A stretch of 64,000 nt of DNA from a virus (Duplodnaviria > Caudoviricetes): IMG/VR virus record IMGVR_UViG_3300001525_000065, positions 32,001 through 96,000 of that record, one strand, 5' to 3'. The notes beneath the pieces were generated by a model. It was given only the letters and a program-made list of their open reading frames with translations. It was not told where the DNA came from and made no database searches. The position numbers were made by a program, and so were the translations under genes. Shown in pieces: positions 9,037-18,532 of this stretch. Within the stretch, counting starts at the first letter, position 1. Each line of letters opens with the position of its first letter.

Positions 9037-10754
9037 ACATAAGTTTCATCAGTATTGAGATAGAAGGATTTCAGTCCATTGGTCATGCAAGTCTGAATTT
9101 GGATGATGTAGGTACTATAATTATCAAAGGTAATAATGAGTATGAATCCAAGTCAGAATCGAATGGTAGTGGTAAATCATCAATAGCAGAAGCACTTATG
9201 TGGAGTTTGTACGGATCCACCTCTGCAGGAGTTACTAATCCAGTGAATAAATATACAGCTACTGGATGCTTAGTATCAACCATTTTCAAACTAGACAATG
9301 AAGAATACTCAGTAACTAGGACATGCGATCATCATAAATACAAGAATAGTCTGACAATTATGCATGGAGACTTAGATATCTCTGGTAGAAATAAATCAGA
9401 CAGTGATAAGATTCTGAAAGATATTCTGCCTATGACTGAGGATATATTCATGTCTACTACTTTTCTCAGTCAAGGATTCAATGCAAGACTGAGTACATTG
9501 TCACCATCTGCTAGAAAGAGTCGCCTGGAAGAACTGACTCAGACTAGTGCTCAGCTAGATAAACTCAAAGATTTCTTAAGTAATAATGCAATGAGATGGA
9601 GAACTGACTACTCAGAGCTGAGCAACAAGTTATCAGTCAGTAGAGGTCAAGTGGACATATTATCATCTGAAATAAATCGTCTAAACCAAATCATAGATGA
9701 ATATACAGAGATGAAAGATCCAGACATAGATCTTGATTCCTATAGAGCTAAACTGAATAATCTGAATGATAAGATTCTTGATGCCACTAATAAGAAATCC
9801 AATGCACAACAGAGGCTAATGGAATACAAATCTGCTAAAGCTCAGAATCAGCAGAGAATTAAGAATGCATCTAGTAGAATTACTGAGATATCGTCTATGA
9901 TAGAATCTTTGGAGAATAAGATATGTCCTACTTGTGGTCAGCATTATGAATCATCTGAATCAGAATCCCTCATTGATTCTCTCAATAGAGAGATGAAAGA
10001 GCTTACTGGGTCATCCCAAGATCTAGAAAATAGTGTCAGTGAGATAGATCATCGAATGAATGAGACGAATGAATCATTGACAGACTACAATTCAAGAATC
10101 AATAAATTCCAAGCAGCAGCTAGATCTGTTAAGAAAATAATAGAGGATAATCCAGAGAAACCTAAAAGAGACATAAGTGCTGATAAGAGATTGCTTATTG
10201 AGCATTCGTGTAGGGTCAGCGAACTCAGGTCTAGCCAGAATGACTTGGCTAAGCAAGTAGATAATGCAGAAGTGCATATCAAAGCCACTGAGCATCTTCA
10301 ATACATAGCATCTAGACAATTTCGTGGATATTTACTGAGCAATGCTATTGACTTCATCAACCAGAAGCTAGCAGAGTATTCATTAGATCTATTCAGTGAG
10401 GACATAATAAGATTATCTGATGATACTAATAAACTAGATATCTATCTTGGTGATACTAGATATGAATCATTATCTGGAGGAGAGAAACGTAAGGTAGACC
10501 TAGCAGTAACATTTGCTCAACGTGATTTAGCATCATGTATTTCTAATACATCATCTAATTTGATTATACTTGATGAAACTCTTGAACATCTTGACGAGAC
10601 AGCTACTCATGCTGCGCTGCAGCTACTCAGTACTGCTACTACTGATCTCTCTTCTGTATTTATAATTACTCATAATAATTATGATATTCCGTACGATGGC
10701 ATCTGGACAGTTACTAAGAATTCGAATCGTGTATCTACTATAAGCGAGAATTGA
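9033..10754 (+). CDS. Rad50/SbcC-like ATPase (T4 gp46-like)
   Basis: Walker A NGSGKSS, coiled coil with Zn hook CPTCGQ, signature LSGGE, Walker B IILDE. Confidence 0.93.
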   Translation: MNISFISIEIEGFQSIGHASLNLDDVGTIIIKGNNEYESKSESNGSGKSSIAEALMWSLYGSTSAGVTNPVNKYTATGCLVSTIFKLDNEEYSVTRTCDHHKYKNSLTIMHGDLDISGRNKSDSDKILKDILPMTEDIFMSTTFLSQGFNARLSTLSPSARKSRLEELTQTSAQLDKLKDFLSNNAMRWRTDYSELSNKLSVSRGQVDILSSEINRLNQIIDEYTEMKDPDIDLDSYRAKLNNLNDKILDATNKKSNAQQRLMEYKSAKAQNQQRIKNASSRITEISSMIESLENKICPTCGQHYESSESESLIDSLNREMKELTGSSQDLENSVSEIDHRMNETNESLTDYNSRINKFQAAARSVKKIIEDNPEKPKRDISADKRLLIEHSCRVSELRSSQNDLAKQVDNAEVHIKATEHLQYIASRQFRGYLLSNAIDFINQKLAEYSLDLFSEDIIRLSDDTNKLDIYLGDTRYESLSGGEKRKVDLAVTFAQRDLASCISNTSSNLIILDETLEHLDETATHAALQLLSTATTDLSSVFIITHNNYDIPYDGIWTVTKNSNRVSTISEN

Positions 10755-10766
10755 CAAGTACCTCCG

Positions 10767-10794
10767 AGTAATTCATTGAGATTAAACGAGTCTA
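10767..10794 (+). promoter_or_regulatory. Promoter-like motif AGTAAT-N12-AACGAGTCTA
   Basis: Exact consensus in the intergenic gap before ORF 10817. Confidence 0.7.
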
Positions 10795-10816
10795 GTTCAG
10801 TAAGAAAGAGAGAATC

Positions 10817-11035
10817 ATGATACTTATGAGTAAATATGAAAACATGACCGTAGAAGAATTGCTAGGAATAATGGATGCATCAGACTTCAATGACAGACCT
10901 ATGTCAGAGAAACTAGAAATTGCTCATTGTGCTGTCCATAAGAGGCTTATTCAGCTCGATGAGCAAGGTATGCTGAAGCCCCTTTCAGAAGTGTATAATC
11001 CTAGTAAATATGAGGATGATAGTGATGAGCGATGA
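10817..11035 (+). CDS. Small acidic protein, candidate antitoxin
   Basis: Overlaps the start of a MazF-like gene; positional inference only. Confidence 0.45.
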   Translation: MILMSKYENMTVEELLGIMDASDFNDRPMSEKLEIAHCAVHKRLIQLDEQGMLKPLSEVYNPSKYEDDSDER

Positions 11036-11411
11036 GATAATTAATTCAATCGTGTATCTTAAGCCGGATACTTATCATAAGGACCTTGGAAAGTCTCTCA
11101 TAAGTAGCAATCATGCATTTCTTATTTTAGACTGCCTAGGAGATTATGTAGCCCTTCCTATCTCTTCTAAGATGCATCGAACATTAAACCATGAATACAA
11201 TATCCCAATAAAGAATTACGCAGAAGCAGGTCTTATTAAGCCATCTTATGTAGATGTATCCACTTATGGCAGAATAAATGAATCTGCAATAAATCAGACT
11301 ATTGGCTTATTAAGCAGTGAAGATGTGCTAAATATTAGTTATGAATTTGCTCATTCATATCTTCGTCAGTACCTTGAACAATTCTTAAGTATGATTAATA
11401 GGAGGATTTAA
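11010..11411 (+). CDS. PemK/MazF-like protein
   Basis: HAFLIL...VALPISSK...AGLIKPSYV...IGLLSSED matches the PemK-fold pattern. Confidence 0.65.
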   Translation: MRMIVMSDEIINSIVYLKPDTYHKDLGKSLISSNHAFLILDCLGDYVALPISSKMHRTLNHEYNIPIKNYAEAGLIKPSYVDVSTYGRINESAINQTIGLLSSEDVLNISYEFAHSYLRQYLEQFLSMINRRI

Positions 11412-11414
11412 TAA

Positions 11415-11606
11415 ATGAAGTATGTAGGCATCATAAGGAGGATGGACAATCAGAATCGAGTAGTGATTCCATCAGAGATCTGTAAGAGATTCCATTTGCA
11501 TAGAGGTACTCCTATGGAGATATTTGCTATGGATGATGGATCGATTGTGCTCAGAGCATGTGATGAACGAAATGAAGGAATGGAGGATATGCATCCATGG
11601 CACTGA
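11415..11606 (+). CDS. AbrB/SpoVT-family DNA-binding protein
   Basis: GIIRRMDNQNRVVIPSEI...GTPMEIF...IVLR. Confidence 0.85.
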   Translation: MKYVGIIRRMDNQNRVVIPSEICKRFHLHRGTPMEIFAMDDGSIVLRACDERNEGMEDMHPWH

Positions 11607-12415
11607 AGATAATTGTAGAAGGTTGTGATGGTACTGGCAAATCTACTTACATAAGAAAACTCAAGAGCTTGTACCCCAGTGCTCAGGTGATCCACTGCAC
11701 TAGAACTACTCCTAATACATACCAATGGTTTTCACGACTCATCAAGGATAATAATGATTATATCTTCGATAGATTCCATGTAGGACAGTTCATATACCAA
11801 AATGAAGATGAACGCAGAGAACGAGGATGGATGACTACTCATCAGCTTCATAAGCTTGAGAGACTTATGAATCGTAGAGGAGCATACATTGTGTATGTAA
11901 CCGCACCTATTGATACTATTCTATATAATTGTCAGAAGGATGAATTCGATAGCCATTATACATGGGATTACATTAAGTACCTGACTGAGTTGTATGATGA
12001 CTTTATGTATCGAGTTAGTCAGATTCCTGTCATTCCTTATTACAATGACTACCATCCAAGTGATGCAGGTCATATCGATTATGATAAGATTCCTACAATT
12101 CTGGCAGTAGACTTCGATGGTACAATCACCACTAAGAATGGATTCCCTGACATTGATAATGCAGAACCGAATATGGAGATTATTAATAAATGTAAGTCAC
12201 TCAAGAAGTGCGGAGTCAAGATAGTGCTATGGACAAACCGTACTGGTAAGTACCTAGATGATGCAGTTAAGTTCTGCGAATCATATGGTCTTACATTTGA
12301 TGCAGTGAATGCTAACGTGCCTGAGGTAAGAGCTCTAGGATTAAATCCTCGTAAGGTATGGGCTACTGAATACTGGGATGATAAGGCAGAACACATTGGA
12401 GGGAAGAGTATATGA
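11597..12415 (+). CDS. dNMP/thymidylate-kinase-like P-loop domain fused to a HAD phosphatase
   Basis: IIVEGCDGTGKST and DR motif; then AVDFDGT, WT, RK and WDDK HAD motifs. Confidence 0.85.
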   Translation: MALKIIVEGCDGTGKSTYIRKLKSLYPSAQVIHCTRTTPNTYQWFSRLIKDNNDYIFDRFHVGQFIYQNEDERRERGWMTTHQLHKLERLMNRRGAYIVYVTAPIDTILYNCQKDEFDSHYTWDYIKYLTELYDDFMYRVSQIPVIPYYNDYHPSDAGHIDYDKIPTILAVDFDGTITTKNGFPDIDNAEPNMEIINKCKSLKKCGVKIVLWTNRTGKYLDDAVKFCESYGLTFDAVNANVPEVRALGLNPRKVWATEYWDDKAEHIGGKSI

Positions 12416-12648
12416 GACTAGTGTATGCAGGTCAGGTACCTACTGCTACTAATGAAACAATAGCAGCTATGTTTATTGATGCAGAATCTAGACATAATTA
12501 CATGGCATTTAAGTTTTGTAAGAATGGATACACTTATGGTGCTGTCACAGTGCTCGATAAGGCTCATAATGTAGTTAGTGTGCCTGAAGATGTATCTAAG
12601 TATGTATCGACCAAAATCAATCAGCTAAAGGTAATGACAGTCAAATAA
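12412..12648 (+). CDS. Hypothetical protein
   Basis: ORF coupled to the upstream gene by an ATGA overlap. Confidence 0.65.
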   Translation: MRLVYAGQVPTATNETIAAMFIDAESRHNYMAFKFCKNGYTYGAVTVLDKAHNVVSVPEDVSKYVSTKINQLKVMTVK

Positions 12649-12668
12649 GCAAGAAAGCAGGTAAGGTA

Positions 12669-12956
12669 ATGAAATTCTATAAAGCTCTGTTGTGTATTAA
12701 TGATAAGCCGTCTCTTGTTGTAGTTGGAGTACTTCATCCTCAGAAATTGAAGTACTACACTGCTAATAATCTTAAGGGGACAGACGATTATCTCCTTCTT
12801 GACGAAGAGATTAGTAAGGAAGATCTTATGGATATGTGTATTCCAATCCTCTTTCCTAAGTCCAAGACAACTATATCTTACCTGATCAATACACCTGAGA
12901 TTGAGGAAGAGATGCCATTGTTCAGAAGACAGAAGTCTAAGAAAGTAGACAAATAA
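12669..12956 (+). CDS. Hypothetical protein
   Basis: Last ORF of the + strand operon. Confidence 0.65.
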   Translation: MKFYKALLCINDKPSLVVVGVLHPQKLKYYTANNLKGTDDYLLLDEEISKEDLMDMCIPILFPKSKTTISYLINTPEIEEEMPLFRRQKSKKVDK

Positions 12957-12965
12957 GTATAAATT

Positions 12966-13003
12966 GTCCTCACTAGCTCAGATGAATTAGTGAGGACTTT
13001 TAT
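12966..13003. terminator. Probable bidirectional intrinsic terminator between convergent operons
   Basis: gtcctcactag...ttagtgaggac stem followed by tttt, between the stops at 12956(+) and 13007(-). Confidence 0.7.
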
Positions 13004-13006
13004 TAG

Positions 13007-13474
13007 TTATTTATCAGATCCATCAGATAATAGGTTCTGTCCTTTGATCTTATATACAATCTCAGATACTTTATCATTGATATATCCATTCAGATCAGAG
13101 ATAAGAGTAGATGCAGCATCCTTAGCTTCATCACTGAGAGTCTCTTGAATCTTAGATACTGCAGTATCATGCAGAGCCATCAGATCCTCTCTAGTATACT
13201 TACCATCATTAGCTGCTAGTGAATCACGAATAGCTTTAGCATACTCCTGCTCAAGAGATGTGACTACTGATAGCGCTAGTTTGTCAATAGTATCTACTGC
13301 TGACTGAGCTGCATTTTTGGTAGTTTCATCTGAGAGCTTATCAATCTTAGCTAGGATCCACTTCTGTGCATAAGAAATGAATGACTTAGCAATGATACCT
13401 AGTGCAACAATAAGTGCTATTAGTACTCCTGCTACAAGTCCCCATAGAGCTTCATTAATTACTGACCAATCCAT
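13007..13474 (-). CDS. Putative holin
   Basis: One N-terminal transmembrane segment followed by an amphipathic helical domain; end of the late operon. Confidence 0.55.
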   Translation of the reverse strand: MDWSVINEALWGLVAGVLIALIVALGIIAKSFISYAQKWILAKIDKLSDETTKNAAQSAVDTIDKLALSVVTSLEQEYAKAIRDSLAANDGKYTREDLMALHDTAVSKIQETLSDEAKDAASTLISDLNGYINDKVSEIVYKIKGQNLLSDGSDK

Positions 13475-13494
13475 AATTGTACTCTCCTTATAAA

Positions 13495-14778
13495 TTATTT
13501 ACCTTTGAAGAAAATCGTTACTTTACTAGTAGATGAATTGACTTCTACAACAGTACCTACACGATATTCCTCAGAATAGTAATCTAGCGCAGTTTGACTG
13601 AACTTAGCTCCAGTCTCAATCAGGATAGTGAATCCATTGTACTTAGTAACTGAGCCTACTACTTTAGAAGAATCAGGTAGCTTAGCACGAGGAATGCAGT
13701 ACACGGGACATCCAACAGTTACTGCAGGATTTATACCTGCAGATACCTGGCCACCAGTAGCTGATGGAAGCACTGACCATACAGGCTCCGATACTAGTCC
13801 ATATGTATATGTAACAAATCCTTCAGTACAGATTCGAGTCATCTGACCTGTAGTACCCTGACTAAGTGTATCAAGGTTGACACCTATGAATCTCTCGTCA
13901 GAAGTAGTATCAGTAGTTTCAGTAACAAATCCATCACTAGTCATGCCAGTACCACTAGCTACTGGGTGTACTAAAAGAACTGGAGCATTCGTACGATATT
14001 TAGTTGACGTAGGTACATCTATTATTCCATAGAATCCTCTGCCTTGAGGTTCATAGAACATATAAGGAGTGAAGATGCTGCCATTTAGTAATCCAGATCT
14101 TATGGATCCAGTTAGCTGCTGATTAACGTCATCCTTGGTAAGCATCTTATTTCGAATATCTGCATCAGCTTGAATACGTGCTGCAATCTCGGCATTTAGA
14201 TCTGATGCAGATGCCATGTCACTGATCTTCTTAGTAAGGTTATCTCCATCCACATCTACATAATCGGAACTGATGCGAGTAGTATCTTGCGACCATGTAT
14301 CAGATGCGATAGTGAGTGATCCGGCAATATAAGGTGCAGATGCAATAACTAGGGAATTTTCATCAGTAGGCTTAGTAGTAGTGAGAGTAATATCTAAGGC
14401 TACTGCAGTTGAATCTGAATTAGCTTTAAGAAGATCATTAACTCTACTAATTGATGCTACTACATAAAGAGTATCACCAGTATCTGAATCAGTAATCGTA
14501 GGAATGTTTGATTTAGATAGAGTGATAACTGCATTAGTGGTTATCTGATACCCATTGATAACACATGTACCTGCTGCAATGTTTATCTTAGCACCTGTAG
14601 TAGTCCACATAAGACCTGGAGTCCAACCTGATGCAGTTAGTCCACTGACTACATAATTCTTTGATGCTATGGCACGTAGTATCCCGGAGACATTCCCTTC
14701 AGTACTAATGCGGCTCTGAGTTAGTCCAGCTCCATTACTACTAGGAAACATAGTGACTATACTAGAACTTGGATTCAT
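13495..14778 (-). CDS. Tail fibre or baseplate structural protein
   Basis: YVVSGL...INIAAGTCVINGY N-terminal pattern; short coiled coil; Thr/Ser rich. Confidence 0.6.
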   Translation of the reverse strand: MNPSSSIVTMFPSSNGAGLTQSRISTEGNVSGILRAIASKNYVVSGLTASGWTPGLMWTTTGAKINIAAGTCVINGYQITTNAVITLSKSNIPTITDSDTGDTLYVVASISRVNDLLKANSDSTAVALDITLTTTKPTDENSLVIASAPYIAGSLTIASDTWSQDTTRISSDYVDVDGDNLTKKISDMASASDLNAEIAARIQADADIRNKMLTKDDVNQQLTGSIRSGLLNGSIFTPYMFYEPQGRGFYGIIDVPTSTKYRTNAPVLLVHPVASGTGMTSDGFVTETTDTTSDERFIGVNLDTLSQGTTGQMTRICTEGFVTYTYGLVSEPVWSVLPSATGGQVSAGINPAVTVGCPVYCIPRAKLPDSSKVVGSVTKYNGFTILIETGAKFSQTALDYYSEEYRVGTVVEVNSSTSKVTIFFKGK

Positions 14779-14801
14779 AACTTATACCTCCATATACTTA
14801 T

Positions 14802-15365
14802 TTAATTCGTAGTCTCTGCTACGGATGTTATTGTGATTGTCCATTGCACATCAATTATCTCATTATTACCTTGAGTAATCGCTATCACTGTACTAGGATT
14901 ATCAGGATCTCTCAGGACAGTGCGTGCTAGTAGTGCACCTGAGCTGCTGAATAGACCTACCTCTCCTAGTGAATCAGTAGGTGCATAGACACCAGTGCCT
15001 ACATATGCATGAAATACTGCTTGAGTAGCATCATTATCTACATTACCTCGTATGCCTTCATGAGCAGGCACTGAAATCTCTGCTTTCTTACTTATATCAT
15101 AAGGTGCATCAAGACTAGTCAGAGCTGCATCAGACCCAGTATGTAGATTCTGCCCTGATCCGAATAATACATATGCTGGTATGTATTTGAGATACAGATT
15201 AGGATCATTAAGTAGAGTACCTACTAGATACTCACCTATGCCATATAGCATGCTCATGGTCACTCGATTCTTACCGTAGTAGAATCTCTGCTTATTCGTT
15301 ATAGTATCTATTACAGATACTTGAACGTTAGCCATGAGAGCACATTGAGAATTGTTTATTAGCAT
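14802..15365 (-). CDS. Baseplate or fibre-attachment protein
   Basis: FGSG...EVGLF...LLAR...WTI pattern of tail-collar-type proteins. Confidence 0.6.
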   Translation of the reverse strand: MLINNSQCALMANVQVSVIDTITNKQRFYYGKNRVTMSMLYGIGEYLVGTLLNDPNLYLKYIPAYVLFGSGQNLHTGSDAALTSLDAPYDISKKAEISVPAHEGIRGNVDNDATQAVFHAYVGTGVYAPTDSLGEVGLFSSSGALLARTVLRDPDNPSTVIAITQGNNEIIDVQWTITITSVAETTN

Positions 15366-15406
15366 AACTATCTATCATCTCCATTAATAAATTATTAGTC
15401 ATTTAT

Positions 15407-15558
15407 ACATAACGTCTCTAGAGCCTCTAGAACGTCCTAGAAGCCTCGTTCATTCCAAGGGGAGGGTTTTGCCCCTACATACCTAAACAACGTCTAAAGA
15501 GCCTCTAAACGTGCTAGAGCACTAAGTGAACGTTATGGAGAAGCAAAATCCAGTAAAC
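15407..15558. repeat. Dispersed quasi-palindromic repeat, copy 2 (inverted relative to copy 1)
   Basis: Core ggggagggttttgcccc; shares flank gaagcaaaatccagtaaac with copy 1. Confidence 0.9.
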
Positions 15559-15568
15559 CACCAGTGAA

Positions 15569-16285
15569 TTACTCAACTTCATTTATTTCACTGAGACCAA
15601 TAATAGCACTATACTGACGATTAGCTATTTGTGGATCATTGAACTCATCATAAGTACTGTCATAAGGTATCTGATTAGTATAACCTGATGTACTAGTACT
15701 GTATGAACCATCACCAATGAATCCTGTCTTATGAGTGTATTTCTTATAAATGACTTTATCAGATATATCAACTTTATCAGTCTGATTAACTGGATGAGTC
15801 AGGACTACCTGGAGTCCTACTCCTGCAGGTCTTACTACTTCAAGTAGGTCATGTATTTTAGGTAGTGCTGCAGGATCATAAACACATACATAAATGTATC
15901 CAGTAGCTTCATCTTGGAATACATTGAATCCAGATAATGGATCAATAGCTGAATTGGATTGTTCAGCCACTCTTGATGCTAAAGCAGATGCAAGTTTGAA
16001 TCCAGTGTAGCTACCTCTATTTCTAATAAGATATGGATAATACTTTATGATAGCTCTATTGGAGTTTATGGATTCTCCTGCATCATAGTCATATCCTACA
16101 TAATCAGCTAATAGTGGTAGTAGGTTATCTGGACATTTATCTGGATCAATAAGAGATGGGAAGAGATCTGCATCAGTCTTAGCTGCATTGACTACTAGTT
16201 CTAGTAGCTTAAGTAAGATTTGATAGTCACGAGAATTAGCATAGGTCTTAGGAACCATGTATCGTGTATTAAGTAGCATTCTCAA
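15569..16285 (-). CDS. Baseplate wedge protein (P2 gpI-like)
   Basis: DPDKCPDNLLPLLADYVG, RGS and VRPAG motifs. Confidence 0.75.
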   Translation of the reverse strand: MRMLLNTRYMVPKTYANSRDYQILLKLLELVVNAAKTDADLFPSLIDPDKCPDNLLPLLADYVGYDYDAGESINSNRAIIKYYPYLIRNRGSYTGFKLASALASRVAEQSNSAIDPLSGFNVFQDEATGYIYVCVYDPAALPKIHDLLEVVRPAGVGLQVVLTHPVNQTDKVDISDKVIYKKYTHKTGFIGDGSYSTSTSGYTNQIPYDSTYDEFNDPQIANRQYSAIIGLSEINEVE

Positions 16286-16290
16286 TCACC

Positions 16291-18135
16291 TCAGATCTTC
16301 AGACTCTCAGGCGCAATGTAGAAGTCATTATTATCTAGAGACAAAGCTATACCTGCATAATGGCAAATGCCTATCTTATTCTTATTATAATTAGCAGTAG
16401 CTGATGTAACATCATTACTGAATACAAGGTCTACTACACCATTACGATAATCCACTGACGATGACACTAGTGGATCAGTACGATTTAGGTACATAACAGT
16501 AGCCATAGATCCCATACCATTCTCATCAGGATATCCATAATCTCGTAGCTCATACTTCATACCATTTATAACAACTGTAATAGATAGGGATCCAGGAGTT
16601 ATGCTACCTAGATTAGTGAAGGTTACTGAGTCATCAGATACAGTACCTGATAGCCCTGTTGCTTTCCCTGATATATCTTTAGCAGTAATTGATCCACCAT
16701 TGTAAACTAGATTATCAAGATTGACATATCTAATGCGAGAATCAGCATCCATTATCTCAGATACTAGATTCACATAATTAATTGGAGTATTGAATGAAAC
16801 ATTAGCTGTACTATAAACATACTGAAGTCTAGTATTGATTTTAGTAAGAATCTCCTGCCCATCAGCTGCACTAACTGGTGCATGAAGATAGACTTCCCCA
16901 GTAGGTGACCATTCATAGTACTGAATAACGTCTTCTGCATTTGGATCATTATGAAGATAGATATTAGTAGTAAGTGGAACACAAGTGAAGTCACGGATAC
17001 TAGCATATATAGATGATTTGAAATTCTCTTTATCTGCAGCTGATCCTTCATCTACTTGTGCACTAGGAATGACATAGAGATTTATAGTATGCTTAGGAGT
17101 AGGATAGGGATCAGTCATTATGTCAGTAGCTAGGCAATTATTTACGTTATCAAGTCTTAGCACTGCATTTTGGTAATCTCTAAGAGTGATAAGTGTATTG
17201 AGTGTATTGCGATACTTATCTATGTTAAGTCTAGCTTCTTCAGGAGTCTCTGGATCAGATCCTGTAGTAGAAGCTGTATTGCTGATTAGTCTACGCTGAG
17301 GATCAGATAGTGTATTTTCATTTATGGAGCCATTAGATCCAAGTGACTGTAGGTAGAATAGTCTGAATGATCCCGGAGCTTCATAGCTACCTACTGCTTT
17401 ATTCCAGTTCTGTGGGAACTGAATATAGGGAGTATCGTACTCATCTATATTTATCTCAAAGAATCTACCATCAGCTGATTCAAGATCAAGACTGATTCTA
17501 CTAGTACCTGCATAATCAGGGTACTGCCATTGAATACCTGTATCGTCAATGAGAAATATAGATTCTTCTGCAATAGCTGTACCTTTAGCGAAATAATATC
17601 TATTATCTACTATATCTGATGCCATGATGTTAGGTAGATACTTATCATACCATACATCACTAGTAGGATTAGGATTAGTAGCTGGTAGCACTGGTGCACC
17701 TTGCATCAATGACCAATTAGACGGAGTAGTTGTAAGCGTAATAGTTTGTAGATTAGAATACTTTATATTATTGGATGTAGTAAATACAGAGTATGGAGGA
17801 ATTGTTTCGCCACTAGATGAAGTTCTCTGGAATGATCCTTCACAAGTAGCAGATACATACCAATGCAATCTGTATCCTAGTAGTCCAAAGATCTGATTAG
17901 CATTCTTACGTTGAGTAACTGTAGCTGGATAAACCTCTAGAGCTTGCTTATCCTGTGTGTATGAGAGCATGTCACCTAGCATTGCCATAAGCTTGACTAA
18001 CACAATACCTGGATCAGTTTCTTCTCTGCTAGTCCATTTATCAGTCATGGTAGGTATGGCTTTGTACAAATCTTCAAAGATGGATAAGTATTCTCGTGAG
18101 GTGTATCGAAGGCTACTTAATTCATTAGTATCCAT
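16291..18135 (-). CDS. Baseplate wedge protein (T4 gp6 / P2 gpJ-like)
   Basis: YTSREY...DPGIVLV...LSY...LGY; GSDPETPEEAR...ITLRDY. Confidence 0.85.
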   Translation of the reverse strand: MDTNELSSLRYTSREYLSIFEDLYKAIPTMTDKWTSREETDPGIVLVKLMAMLGDMLSYTQDKQALEVYPATVTQRKNANQIFGLLGYRLHWYVSATCEGSFQRTSSSGETIPPYSVFTTSNNIKYSNLQTITLTTTPSNWSLMQGAPVLPATNPNPTSDVWYDKYLPNIMASDIVDNRYYFAKGTAIAEESIFLIDDTGIQWQYPDYAGTSRISLDLESADGRFFEINIDEYDTPYIQFPQNWNKAVGSYEAPGSFRLFYLQSLGSNGSINENTLSDPQRRLISNTASTTGSDPETPEEARLNIDKYRNTLNTLITLRDYQNAVLRLDNVNNCLATDIMTDPYPTPKHTINLYVIPSAQVDEGSAADKENFKSSIYASIRDFTCVPLTTNIYLHNDPNAEDVIQYYEWSPTGEVYLHAPVSAADGQEILTKINTRLQYVYSTANVSFNTPINYVNLVSEIMDADSRIRYVNLDNLVYNGGSITAKDISGKATGLSGTVSDDSVTFTNLGSITPGSLSITVVINGMKYELRDYGYPDENGMGSMATVMYLNRTDPLVSSSVDYRNGVVDLVFSNDVTSATANYNKNKIGICHYAGIALSLDNNDFYIAPESLKI

Positions 18136-18521
18136 TAGTATCCCTCCCTAATGGCAAGCTGAAGCACTAATGTGTCTCTCATGCCAGTATTCTTTACTAT
18201 ATATGATAATTGTATGTATAGCTGACTCAGTCTCTGACCTATTGTTATGTCATTATGAGTCAAGGTAATTCTAGGTTCATAAGCAGTAACTGATGTGACT
18301 ATATTAGTCTTTACTACATCAATCAATGCTAGGTCATTAGGTTCATATATTAATGATAGCAGATCAGTGCCATAGCCAGGATCACCAAGTAATTCTCCTG
18401 GTACTGTAGTCAGTAGGAGTCTAAGTGACTCATGAATGGACATTTGATCCTCTGCTATATTAGTCTTTCCTGTGATTGGATTGAAGCAAGTAGGATGTCT
18501 TATTGAATTAGATAATGCCAT
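18135..18521 (-). CDS. Baseplate wedge protein, gp25-like
   Basis: LLLTTVPGELLGDPGYGT and YEPRI; AGGAGG SD before ATG 18521. Confidence 0.85.
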   Translation of the reverse strand: MALSNSIRHPTCFNPITGKTNIAEDQMSIHESLRLLLTTVPGELLGDPGYGTDLLSLIYEPNDLALIDVVKTNIVTSVTAYEPRITLTHNDITIGQRLSQLYIQLSYIVKNTGMRDTLVLQLAIREGY

Positions 18522-18532
18522 TAGATACCTCC

